The translations under genes were made by a program, and so were the position numbers. DNA of 64,000 bases from Lingula anatina (lineage: Eukaryota; Animalia; Brachiopoda), in the NCBI GenBank assembly GCA_051362555.1, contig CM120640.1, forward strand, positions 46,850,788-46,914,787, written 5' to 3'. The notes below the pieces were generated by a model. The model worked only from the letters and a program-made list of their open reading frames with translations, ran no database searches and was not told the DNA's origin. This document shows, piece after piece, positions 54,201-61,559 of the stretch. Numbering within the stretch: position 1 is the stretch's first letter; every line of letters begins with the position of its first letter.

Positions 54201-57200
54201 TGAATTTGAAAAAAAAAGAAAGAAACTGAAGCATAGTGCTATGTTTCCAAAGATTATAGTAACCGTTCCCAAGATCCATAAGGGTCTTCATAGTTGCAGG
54301 CTATCCTAGTCTAGTGTGAATGCAATTTTACTATGTGAATAGAACACCAGAATGCCTTCTTGAAAACTTTCCTGGTAATCAAACACCTGGTGCTGGCTGA
54401 CTGGCCTCATTAAGCCAATATGTAGTTCATTAATTTTATTCCAAGAATGAGAAAATGGATTAATAATCTGTGATAAGCAAAAGAGAAAAACTTACCAGAA
54501 TAAATGCTCACTTCATATTTTTAAGTCCATAAATTCATTTCTATGGATTAATGGAAACAAATAAAAAAATTAAATTAAAAAAAAAATGCTCAACATGTCT
54601 AATCATTATCTTCCATGTAAATTCTCAAAATAAATTCACAACATGACCAAGAACAAGATGATAAATAGAAATATTTTTTCATTTACTTATTTCTATTCTA
54701 TTTTAAGGCAGGGCATCTTGACTTTTTACATACAACAGTTCTCAAGTTTCAGGTGAATATTCTTCTGGAATTATACATACCAAATATAAGGCCAGATATT
54801 AATAAAGGTTCCCTTCACTGGGTTAACTTTTCCTCACAGTACACACCGCAAAATGTGTTATGATCTAGTTATTGAGTGTAAGCAAACTGCTGCATCGTTA
54901 ACCACTAACTAGGCTTTTCTCCTGCATTTTTCTGCTTACTATGCAACTACAGGTCTGATAAAATATCTTAAATGCTGCATTGTTCTCAACTTGTTACATA
55001 ACAAACCACTGTACTTATCAGAAACCACTAACAAGTTATGGTTGAAACTGACTGTGAACACTTCCTAAATTAAAAAGGGTTTCATCAGCATTACTTATCT
55101 GCATAGCTATAGCATTATGCAATAAAACTAATCATAGAAACAGTGCATCCTTGTTAAGTCACCTAGCAAAGCAAGTTAGACAGCAAGCAAGTGAGTCTGT
55201 CGTACACTTTTATGTTCAAAGTAAGGCAGTAAACATAAATTTCTTTTATGAGTGTTTTATGCAAACTTCCTTTCACTTTTGTGTGTAATTGAGAACTATT
55301 AATGGTTAAAAGCAAATTTCTTAACTACATGATTACCAACCATGCCGTCCATTGCAGTTTAGAGCATGAAACAAAGTGCCTAAAATGATAAGCTCCATTA
55401 TATGGTACATTTTTCATAAAAATATATATATATATATATATTAATTGGTATTACAAGAAAAGGTGATGTTATTCAATCAACAATCATGTTTAACTTATAC
55501 CTCAGACATGTCACCGGCAGATCTCTTTGGACACTTGTCACCCCTTGTGAAAACTACAGGTTCATGTATGTTCCATCAAGCTTGCTCAATAGGATGATTT
55601 CTCAAATGACAGAGGTGCTCTTCACCTTTCAGAGGTAGGGATGGCGTGAAACTATTTTATTCACTTTGTATTGCATTGAAACAGCAGTTGTGATTGAGAT
55701 ATACCTAATATTTTTCCAATCTTGTGTGTCATTTATTCACAAAATGGGCTTTGAACCAAATGAAAACTAGCTGTGGAATTTGTCTTACATAATTAAAAAT
55801 GTGTTAATGAATGCCTCCTAATGCTGAAAAATAAGTAAATAACAAAAAGCTGATGAAGTAATGCAAATCATATATATTAGTCCTGGCCAGGATGCTGTTC
55901 ATAAGTTAACACAGGAGTGATATATTAATTAAAGTTGAAATTGGGCCTCTCGATTCTTTCTGTTGGTTTGTTTACAGCACTGCTTTTAACCTGTGGTATT
56001 TTAACTTGGCATTTTGATATGTTATTTTGCTTCATTACTGCTACAAAGTTGGCACAAAGATAGGACTAACTGCTCTTTGTAAACCAGCCATCCTATATTT
56101 ACGTAAATTATCCAGGTGCTAATTGGCAATTGGGAAAGGAAGCTAGCCCTGACCAACTAACACATTTAGATAGGCTATGAGTAATTCCGTCTATCATTTT
56201 GAAGAAATATCTCAAAACAAATTCTGTGTTTTCCAGTGTCTCAATGTAAACTGTTGTATTAATGTACTGCCTGACTTTCCGTTACTCCCACCACTCATTA
56301 ATATTCATGAGAAAGGTAGTGACGTTGTTGGCTCAGCATAATTAGGATTCTCTTATTATATCTATTTACCAGGTGTACACTAGCTTCCTCTATGTCATTC
56401 ACAGTGAAAATATAATTTCATTATGTAATTGTATCCATCTAACAACAATTATTGACACTAAATGTGATTCATATTTTTTATATTTCTAAATACTTAATAA
56501 TCATCATTTTTTCAAAACGCCACCCTAATTTTTTTTTCGTGTGTACGTTAAAAAAATTACTATAGACACAAGATGTGTAAAAACCCCAACTCACAATTTA
56601 TGGTAATAGAAAGGTAAACATCCCCCATAAGTTGCATGAAGAACCAGAAGGGCTTGCCCGAGATGTAAGGGACTGCTAGCATATCAAGACTTTGAATGAC
56701 ACAGTCAGTGGCAACTGTTGAACTTTTCCATTTGCAGACAACATCATGATGAAAGTAATGGAGAACATTGTGTGGAAAGATAGTACCCAACAGCCTCGCT
56801 CAGTAAGGGTCTTGTTTCTATAAGGTTATACAGTTATTTGCAACACACACCAAAATAAATGCTTCCAGGCACTAAACACTTGGCACTGTTTAGACTGATA
56901 GAGAAAATGTGAGCAGAGCATAGTTTTTATGATACAGTAAACAGTTTGAAAAGTCAATTCTGATTTTGATTTTTGTCAGGTTGGGTCTTATATATACATA
57001 TATTCTTAATTACTTTCATCTTTGTAAGGTGGCTCTAGACATATGCCACAAAGGTTAATAAGTTAATGCACACATGTACTACCTAATATCTATATGGAAA
57101 CTGCCAATACTGGTATATTAACCAATTCACTTAACTACTAATCAACTTCAGCATTAACATAGGCCTATTTTGCTGTTGTAAAGAGCAATTTCCTACTCAT

Positions 57201-60154
57201 TAATTGTTGCCTGACCTGTTACGCACTTGGATTGAATGTCATTTTACATTTTTAATTTAATAATTTAGGTTTTAATGACTGGCCAGTCAACAAGAAAATC
57301 GAAACCATCAATGGTCTTCACCCTGCATGGCCTCGTTTTCACACAAGAAAATATCCCTGTGCCATGTACATGTGTATATTACAAACACTGCAAGCTACAT
57401 TTGAAGGGGTTAAAAGGCTGACAAAATAATAAGGACACTGGATAGGCTTCAGAAGACTTTAATTTTACGGGTTTTACCATCTGAATTGGGAATTACTAGA
57501 AGCTTTGCAAGATATAAATTTGACTGTGGAAGATTTTCAAACATGTGGCCAAAACATTTAATTTATAGCTATTTATTTGGCACCTTACAGATAAATTTTT
57601 CCAAAAAAATTATTTCTCTTGGATGGCAAAATAACTACAATTTGCAGAAATCATTTCATAGCTGTCCCAAGTTTAAACCCTACTTAGGATCAGCCTTGTT
57701 TTGTTCCAGACACACTTTACACCAAATACCCATCTTCATCCATCCTTGCCTTACAAAACAGTTTACCTTAGCCAATCGGACTTTGCTAACAACCTAACTG
57801 AAAGACAGGATACAGGCTGTTGAAACTCCACATATGCTGATCTTGTCTTCACAGTTAAGATAGTGGCTAATAGCTTGCTGTTTTTTAATCATCAAAATCA
57901 AGCTTGAAACTATGCAAAGATGCCATGATGAAAAGAAATTCAACTTCTATTATACTTTCCTTCTAATAAATGAATCACTTTTAACAAATGGCTGAAAAAA
58001 AAACAATGCATTTGAAGAGTTTTAGGCTACGTTCGAAACAAGTTGGTCCACGGACTAACAGACTAGCAGATCAAATTTGGCTGACCCACTTTAAAGCTTG
58101 CCACATAATCCCCTAATATACACTGAATCGAATTCACGCGGGGATTACACAACAAGCGTTCAAGTGGGTCAGCCATGTTTGATCCGCCGATCCATTAGTA
58201 TGCTGTTGTGAATGCGACCTTAGTTTCCACTGAAAGCCCTACCAACAGAAATGCCTGAAAGCATCTCTTTTACAGGAACATAGTAAACTGACATAGCATG
58301 ATAGGTCAGCAAGTGTGGAGGGAAAAGCAAAATATGTAGTTGCCTGGTGCTTAACATGTACTGGATTGAAATTTAATTGCACATATTAGGCATTGGATTT
58401 TTACATAGCAAAAACTTATATTCTTGGTAGTTTCAACACTTGCCCTATATCACCAAGGTTTTCCACATCCAAAATCATTCAGAGAATTACGATCCCTAAA
58501 CCTTCTTTTGAGTTCTAAAAATTTAGTTTATGGATCAATCTTCTTATAGTGATAGAGATTTATGAAAGCTACTTCCAACAAAAATTTAGAATTTGAAAAC
58601 TTTTTATAGATTGTAATTTTCTCAATGGTTTCAGAAAAAATATACCTTGCTGGTAAAATTGACTTTGTTAAAAAATCTAAATTTTTTTGGAAAAATTTAG
58701 ATTTACATAAAAATCTAATATAAAAAACAAGTATTTATAATGTCAATTTTATAGCAGTATAATAGGGATTAGAAGTATAATAGCAGTATAATAGTATAAT
58801 AAGGTTTTCTTGTGGTGTTTCTACATGAACCAAAACAGAACCCATTCATCCTTCGTTCGCAATCTTCACTAACAGCTTTATATGACACAATTAAGCTGAC
58901 ACTTAAATACTCACTTCTTTTCTTGGCCGGCTGAAATAAAAAATAGAACAGAATATTCAATTGATTTATTTTATAATTTCACGTAAATGAAATTGCAGAT
59001 CTATGTGAATTGGTACAAATATACCTTTAAATTTTGGTGAAATGCGAATAGAAAACAGATGAAAAAAGCAAAATAATTCAATTCAAATTGTTAACCACTC
59101 AGTAGCTGTGGTTGAACACATGTATGCGCATTTAAACATAAATAGGCCTATATGTGTATACATAATATCGATAAAGCTAATACTGTCAAGGATTACCTCC
59201 CCCCCCCCCACCCCCCCACCCGAGTTGGTGTCTGTTATGTGCAAATTTTATAGGGCAGCAAATTTCTCAATAATTAAGGTTTTCTCAGAAATAGTCAAAG
59301 TCATTTTCGTAAAAAAACTTATAAACGAAAAGCGATCCTGAGGTATATTTTTGTGTTTTTCGAAAGCTGTTCACAGGTCAGGATGACCCAAATTATGGAG
59401 AAATCTACAACTTGTTCGCGGGGGCGTTTAAAGGTCAATTGCAGGAAGTTCGGCCAGCGTCCAGTAACAGGAGCATAGGTAATCAATGCCACGCTTGTGC
59501 ATCTCGTTAAAGGCAAACATTATAAGATGCACTTTAAAGTATGACATCGTTGAATTTGAGAAAGAAAATTATATACTTTCAGTTCCACCCTTTTAAGGGG
59601 CACCGCGCCGTGAGAGAACCTCGTTTCTGTACCGAGCAGGTCTCTATGAATTGATATATTGATACACCAAACAGCAGTTAACAATTTGAGTGGATGTCTA
59701 GACGCTAACTAGTGTTTCTTAAACACATCATGCCGACTCCACAATGCCGCTTTAGCATCTCAGTTAAGACAACGCCTGATATGTGTTTTTGTCTTATATA
59801 GCAAAGGCGTTTTTGATCGTCCCCGCCAGTCTATTCACGCGCGTGGGAAGAGCATCAACTTTTCTGAGTAGGTGGCACGAAGACGCAGGCTACTGCACGT
59901 TGGGCTGGATCACTTAACAAGATTTAACGAACTCAGCCATCAGCAGATTAGGATCAGGTGCCAGTATGCAACGCTTTTTCAATGCTGGCAAAGCTGCTGC
60001 CGTGCACTGGCACATTATATTAGACGCCAAATACGAATATAGCAACATAGGCGTGCATGCAAAAACTGCCGAGAATAGACCCATAGAGCACCAAAACATG
60101 GAGAAAAGTGCTTTTAAGTGTCGTTTTTTTCTTTTCTTTTCTCTTTTTTTCTTG

Positions 60155-60222
<68 letters not shown>

Positions 60223-60876
60223 GAGGAGGGGGAGAGGGAGAATTGATGTCAAGGAGTAACATTTGATATGACAAGTTCGCAGGTTTTTTTTATCTTCCTA
60301 TTTTCTTTTAAGATATATGGGTACTAAAATTGTTTTTTTATGATAAATTTTGCGAGATGGCATTTTGATCTACGCCCCAATCTGATAGAAACTTGGAATA
60401 TGCACTCCACCTGCATAAATACCCACCCAAACTATTTTCCTAATCACTTTCCTGCTGTGATTTAGATATCGTAACCACCGTTTACATATCTTAAGAAAAA
60501 CACGTAAAACAATAATAAATAAATAAATGAATAAATATGCAACAAAGGCTTTTACGTTGTAAATAAACTTACCAGAAAAGTTCAGATTAATCGAAGCCGT
60601 GGCTTCCCCCATCTTATTCTTGGCAATGACCTTGTATGTCCCTCCGTCATCTTGTGTCACTCCGAAGATCTCAAGAAATAGAGTATATTTATTTTCACCA
60701 TCAGCCGTCGATCTACTCTTAATTCGGCTGCTTTCTACAATGGCATCAGTCCCCCGGAACCATGATATCTCTGGCTGAGGACTGGCTTCAACGGCGCAGG
60801 TAAAAATTAACTTCTTTCCTCCGTCTTCTTGTTTAAGTTGCGGTTTCTGAGTAAACCGTGGTCCGAAATCTCCCAT
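146..60876 (-). CDS. unc-22: Twitchin/projectin giant muscle protein gene, 5' portion (Ig1 to partial Ig9), multi-exon, continues beyond position 1
   Basis: Chain of phase-compatible GT-AG exons encoding tandem I-set Ig domains of the projectin/twitchin N-terminal type (P.F.QKP.IKQE....L.FEC...A.P.P.I.W...D.G.YKV.AKN..GE..A.I.LNF), a PEVK-like region between Ig6 and Ig7, and DFRxxL plus RRASLADVVPDWPTL between Ig7 and Ig8, as recalled for molluscan twitchin. Confidence 0.93.
1438..1461 (-). CDS. unc-22: Candidate 24-nt phase-0 microexon (DWRKTASE)
   Basis: CCCAG|...|GTAAAT; GC-rich island in an AT-rich intron; in frame. Confidence 0.5.
2398..2537 (-). CDS. unc-22: Ig9 first part (ERPKLVYFTTPLPKTMTVHRKKNAILECFICDPLADVEWYKMGELIQ)
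   Basis: Phase 1 to 0; TTTTAG acceptor, GTAGGT donor. Confidence 0.88.
2775..2938 (-). CDS. unc-22: Ig8 second part (WYKNKLEIFHGEKYHF...EDGGKFTCQCNDATTSAWLYVE)
   Basis: Phase 2 to 1; Ig Trp and DxGxF/YxC motifs. Confidence 0.9.
3304..3410 (-). CDS. unc-22: Ig8 first part (EPDKFVKELEDQKVKEEDEVNAVFRCTFCKPNAVV)
   Basis: Phase 0 to 2; TTTCAG acceptor, GTTAGT donor. Confidence 0.9.
3680..3874 (-). CDS. unc-22: D1-like phosphorylation exon (GTPERRRSSTGRRDSIE...RRGSKDRRASLADVVPDWPTLKHTEKKKE)
   Basis: 195 nt, phase 0 to 0; similar to the recalled Mytilus twitchin D1 peptide RRPSLVDVIPDWP. Confidence 0.9.
4126..4205 (-). CDS. unc-22: Linker exon (VDKGRRPSQIEMAKINLKKTEGDSETE)
   Basis: Phase 1 to 0; RRPS PKA consensus. 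Confidence 0.88.
4398..4456 (-). CDS. unc-22: Linker exon (SNYKKNKQEDEDPDWGKLKE)
   Basis: Phase 2 to 1; TAG acceptor, GTATG donor. Confidence 0.88.
4671..4959 (-). CDS. unc-22: Ig7 plus DFRxxL motif (GDPITLEIDVDGKEMP...LDFRDLLKQ)
   Basis: ORF track; TTTTCAG acceptor, GTGAGA donor; phase 1 to 2. Confidence 0.92.
5147..5270 (-). CDS. unc-22: Linker/Ig7 start exon ((AAA)GIYEEEGPKRKPKQEKAPEGPVEGPKIKNKPANLVILE); alternative acceptor at 5260
   Basis: ORF track; GTAAAG donor phase 1. Confidence 0.85.
5647..5672 (-). CDS. unc-22: 26-nt microexon (VEPSSEQKA), phase 1 to 0
   Basis: TTACAG acceptor, GTAAGT donor; in frame only with the acceptor at 5270. Confidence 0.65.
6910..7185 (-). CDS. unc-22: 276-nt Asp/His-rich repeat exon ((DEHPDILI)n...DDDDDDMPDDWVP...KPGLRRK)
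   Basis: ORF track; pyrimidine tract-TAAG acceptor, GTACT donor; symmetric phase 1. Confidence 0.7.
9867..9953 (-). CDS. unc-22: Possible 87-nt His-rich exon (GHANHVEDLNNHLRKHVAHMPLESTIIEE)
   Basis: TTACAG acceptor, GTATAG donor; in frame and symmetric phase 1; composition atypical for this linker. Confidence 0.35.
10037..10063 (-). CDS. unc-22: 27-nt microexon (GNSEVQVQE)
   Basis: TTTCAG acceptor, GTAGC donor; symmetric phase 1. Confidence 0.55.
10185..10313 (-). CDS. unc-22: 129-nt exon (DEKKPGKKGEPKKDEKKPEEKKPEEKKTAPGKKEEPKKDEKKP)
   Basis: ORF track; CAG acceptor, GTAGG donor; two internal in-phase CAG|GTAA donor-like sites. Confidence 0.8.
11694..11726 (-). CDS. unc-22: 33-nt microexon (GKPGVPTIVEP)
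   Basis: CAG acceptor, GTGGGT donor; PEVK composition; symmetric phase 1. Confidence 0.72.
12320..12343 (-). CDS. unc-22: 24-nt microexon (EKKPEEKK)
   Basis: TTTTCAG acceptor, GTAGGT donor; symmetric phase 1. Confidence 0.78.
12505..12690 (-). CDS. unc-22: 186-nt (KKPEE)n exon
   Basis: Repeat open frame; weak AAG acceptor, GTGAAT donor; symmetric phase 1. Confidence 0.78.
13601..13630 (-). CDS. unc-22: 30-nt (or 27-nt, NAGNAG) microexon (ADKPEEKKAP)
   Basis: TTTCAG|CAG| tandem acceptor; KPEEKK peptide. Confidence 0.75.
14784..14800 (+). promoter_or_regulatory. CTCF-like motif
   Basis: TGGCCACCAGGTGGCGT closely matches the CTCF consensus. Confidence 0.5.
15811..16692 (-). CDS. unc-22: 882-nt PEVK-like (KKPEE)n exon
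   Basis: Open frame of 15/18-nt repeats; TTTTTCTCAG acceptor, GTAAGG donor; symmetric phase 1. Confidence 0.88.
17147..17461 (-). CDS. unc-22: 315-nt T/A/Q/E-rich repeat exon (QMTFETSTAETEFQKSEPAPT repeats)
   Basis: ORF track; CAG acceptor, GTTAG donor; symmetric phase 1. Confidence 0.8.
17615..17685. repeat. (AT)n microsatellite
   Basis: Seen directly. Confidence 0.95.
18487..18571 (-). pseudogene. Duplicate of the 84-nt exon with a +1 insertion (85 nt, frame-breaking)
   Basis: About 180-bp tandem duplication; both splice sites intact but it ends CCCAG|GT versus CCAG|GT. Confidence 0.6.
18666..18749 (-). CDS. unc-22: 84-nt linker exon (AEISTTQVEMGSAEIGVAKTEEPKPAEP)
   Basis: TTCATAG acceptor, GTTAG donor; symmetric phase 1. 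Confidence 0.7.
19162..19209 (-). CDS. unc-22: 48-nt repeat microexon (AEDSSVTTQMQIGVGK)
   Basis: GTAG acceptor, GTGAG donor; symmetric phase 1. Confidence 0.75.
19464..19511 (-). CDS. unc-22: 48-nt repeat microexon (AEDSSVTSQMQIGVGA)
   Basis: CTAG acceptor, GTGAG donor; symmetric phase 1. Confidence 0.75.
19717..19764 (-). CDS. unc-22: 48-nt repeat microexon (AEDSTVTSQMQIGVGT)
   Basis: TTTAG acceptor, GTGAG donor; near-identical to the 20056 copy including flanks. Confidence 0.75.
20056..20103 (-). CDS. unc-22: 48-nt repeat microexon (AEDSTVTSQMQIGVGT)
   Basis: TTTAG acceptor, GTGAG donor; symmetric phase 1. Confidence 0.75.
20307..20351 (-). pseudogene. Repeat microexon copy with broken acceptor (EDSSQISQMQIGVGT)
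   Basis: Homologous to its neighbours, donor GTGAG intact, but the acceptor reads TACGG instead of TACAG. Confidence 0.6.
20680..20724 (-). CDS. unc-22: 45-nt repeat microexon (EDSSQMSQMQIQMGA)
   Basis: TAG acceptor, GTGAG donor; symmetric phase 1; member of the tandem exon family. Confidence 0.75.
21510..21545 (-). CDS. unc-22: 36-nt linker microexon (ELLSKLKVGKDE)
   Basis: TTTCCAG acceptor, GTAAGT donor; symmetric phase 1. Confidence 0.8.
21930..22017 (-). CDS. unc-22: Ig6 second part (VSNADSGAYVCKVKNTAGEATANININIS)
   Basis: Manual translation; phase 0 to 1. Confidence 0.92.
22351..22564 (-). CDS. unc-22: Ig6 first part (PKEVKPVIPEKPSIKLEDGG...VMEIDD)
   Basis: ORF track plus splice sites; phase 2 to 0. 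Confidence 0.92.
22841..22932 (-). CDS. unc-22: Ig5 second part (NFSDQDGGQYKVVAKNDHGEGSANINLNLE)
   Basis: Manual translation; TTTCAG acceptor, GTAAGG donor; phase 0 to 2. Confidence 0.92.
23207..23418 (-). CDS. unc-22: Ig5 first part (GQEKKGGGPSFKEKPKV...ITLDVA)
   Basis: ORF track plus splice sites; phase 1 to 0. Confidence 0.92.
24010..24066. repeat. (GT)n microsatellite
   Basis: Seen directly. Confidence 0.95.
24836..24926 (-). CDS. unc-22: Ig4 second part (EPKAEDGGTYKCNVKNALGESNANITLNLQ)
   Basis: ORF track plus splice sites; phase 0 to 1. Confidence 0.92.
25139..25343 (-). CDS. unc-22: Ig4 first part (EGKAPQFKQKPSIKQEG...LYLDIK)
   Basis: ORF track plus splice sites; phase 2 to 0. Confidence 0.92.
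28438..29428 (+). mobile_element. Non-autonomous Kolobok-like DNA transposon (about 990 bp)
   Basis: TTAA target duplications (28434-28437, 29429-29432); TIRs AGACAGTCTCAG / CTGAGACTGTCT; internal coding relic. Confidence 0.8.
28738..28949 (+). pseudogene. Relic first exon of a transposon protein (MAQTRVKF...PV*KIRKKIRDRRRSTQTVYVGREVGRWRTLKAELGLAYEAMAKLLLD)
   Basis: One in-frame TGA at 28810; ends at a GTGAGT donor; resembles the recalled 'V.IG....RWR.LK...GL.....A..LLD' motif of Kolobok-associated proteins. Confidence 0.6.
30792..31002. mobile_element. PIF/Harbinger-like MITE
   Basis: Inverted repeats of about 35 bp (TTTACACTGGACGGCGTCCTTTCTGCG and its reverse complement); TTA on both flanks. 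Confidence 0.75.
32023..32133. mobile_element. Small MITE
   Basis: TIRs CAGGCCTACCCAACTACCA / TGGTAGTTGGGTAGGCCCG; ATTCA on both flanks. Confidence 0.65.
32850..32880. repeat. (GT)n microsatellite
   Basis: Seen directly. Confidence 0.95.
33009..33036 (-). CDS. unc-22: 28-nt Ig3-Ig4 linker microexon (GQAEQQQPKQ)
   Basis: ATTTCAG|...|GTGAGT; phase 1 to 2 as required by Ig4a. Confidence 0.85.
33221..33264. repeat. (AAAT)n microsatellite
   Basis: Seen directly. Confidence 0.95.
35124..35435 (-). CDS. unc-22: Ig3 exon (SEEAPGKRGQRPSFTQKPVIKQEG...ATLSLNFE)
   Basis: Complete I-set domain in a 312-nt open frame; TTTCAG acceptor, GTACC donor; phase 1 to 1. Confidence 0.9.
35915..39403. mobile_element. 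Non-autonomous Academ-like/foldback DNA transposon (about 3.5 kb)
   Basis: Termini TAGTCCAGGAAATTGGTG / CACCAATTTCTTGGACTA; TGA on both flanks (3-bp TSD); long inverted arms built of about 300-bp subrepeats with AAAATGGCCG motifs. Confidence 0.75.
37471..37694. repeat. Tandem duplication, 2 x 112 bp, inside the Academ-like element
   Basis: TCAGTTTACATGCATGA...CCAATGCTTCTGAC starts at 37471 and again at 37583. Confidence 0.85.
39537..39692 (-). CDS. unc-22: Ig2 second half (GRYQIYADPKGDNLFRVVLEIKGVTAEDAGNYKVNAKNERGESNATIRLNFD)
   Basis: DxGxY motif; TAG acceptor, GTAAGT donor; phase 1 to 1. Confidence 0.92.
42491..42717. mobile_element. Palindromic MITE, degraded copy of the 50624 family
   Basis: Shares AAGTGGC..AGATGTCTGGCACACCTACT.AAGCTG...CAGCTTCA.TAGGC.TG.CAGACATC core. 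Confidence 0.7.
42756..42904 (-). CDS. unc-22: Ig2 first half (QDGIAPQFTQKPSIKQEDGGKKLVFECQLKAQPAPTIRWFRDTVELHDE)
   Basis: Manual translation; polypyrimidine-CAG acceptor, GTAAGG donor; phase 2 to 1. Confidence 0.92.
47385..47590 (-). CDS. unc-22: Alternative first coding exon (MDWRSMLKP... with KLKPIPPKGPK repeats) splicing to Ig2
   Basis: ATCATGG start with in-frame TAG just upstream; donor AA|GTAAGT is phase 2, matching the Ig2a acceptor; K/P/E-rich repeats. Confidence 0.8.
50624..50879. mobile_element. Palindromic (foldback) MITE
   Basis: Near-complete palindrome, e.g. CCTAGATTGATCTAGCAGGAT / ATCCTGCTAGATCAATCTAGG; TAA flanks. Confidence 0.8.
53153..53320. mobile_element. CAGGGG-terminal MITE
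   Basis: CAGGGGCAGATTTAG / CTGGATCCCCCCCTG termini; internal GGAAGA.GGTCA repeats; similar end at 14448-14460. Confidence 0.55.
58024..58220. mobile_element. Degenerate palindromic MITE
   Basis: GATCAAA.TTGGCTGACCCACTT / AAGTGGGTCAGCCATGTTTGATC inverted arms. Confidence 0.6.
58915..58930 (-). CDS. unc-22: 16-nt Ig1-Ig2 linker microexon (AGQEKK)
   Basis: TTTTTTATTTCAG|CCGGCCAAGAAAAGAA|GTGAGT; converts phase 1 to the phase 2 needed by Ig2a; peptide matches GQEKK in the Ig4-Ig5 linker. Confidence 0.85.
60157..60222. repeat. (TA)n followed by poly(T)
   Basis: Seen directly. Confidence 0.95.
60573..60876 (-). CDS. unc-22: First coding exon, Ig1 (MGDFGPRFTQKPQLKQEDGG...INLNFS); exon extends as 5'UTR to an acceptor at 60919
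   Basis: ORF track; ACCATGG start context; donor G|GTAAGT phase 1; acceptor CTTCTTCGCAG upstream. Confidence 0.93.
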
Positions 60877-61559
60877 GGTTGTTGTCTAGTGCGTGCTGTT
60901 GCTTAGATGTTCATCGCCTCTGCGAAGAAGATAAGCATTGTTAAAAAGTTATTTATTTTTGTGATGTGTACCAGGAGTTGGTTAATGGAGGACAGACTTT
61001 CGAGATTTGTAAGGCGCGTTTTAACTTTCCCTTAAACGGCGTTTCCACAGTTTTTGGAGCGATTTTAACAATTTTGTCTTGTTTTATAAATTTCGACTTT
61101 GAAACAAGATTTTACTTTTAAAAAATCAAAATTGTGCGGTGATGCCTTAACGGGCGATTAAAGGGTGATATGTGACAATTAACTACGACAATATTTACAT
61201 CAACTATCACATTTTGATACAGTATGTGGTAAATTAATGATTCAAGTAAAGCTAAAATATTGTGCTTTACTGTTTTGTACGTCTTCATCAAACGCTTCAT
61301 CAATGTTTAATCTATACACTGATTAAAGGTGTACAGAAAGGATTTTTAATTTCACAAACGGGGGAGGAAAGTAGGCCTATCAAATCAGTCATAGGACTAA
61401 TACTGCATAGACCTATATACATGCAGTCCTAGCATTCTTACCAAAGTTAATCACACTCAAAAATTAAATTAAATGATTAATTAAAATACACAGTTAAACT
61501 GAACTAAATTGATTTAATATAGAAATATTCTAATAACAGATAAAAAAGCGACCGATGTT

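Noticed and set aside
59914-60274. ORFs with poly-K and IY runs
   Set aside because: Translations of the (TA)n and poly(T) microsatellite; the same applies to 17599-17784, 24013-24237 and 32850-33035
59592-61150. TTAAGG..CACCGC-like ends that might form a transposon enclosing the first coding exon
   Set aside because: Poor match; the right end pairs at least as well with 61032 as a short separate element
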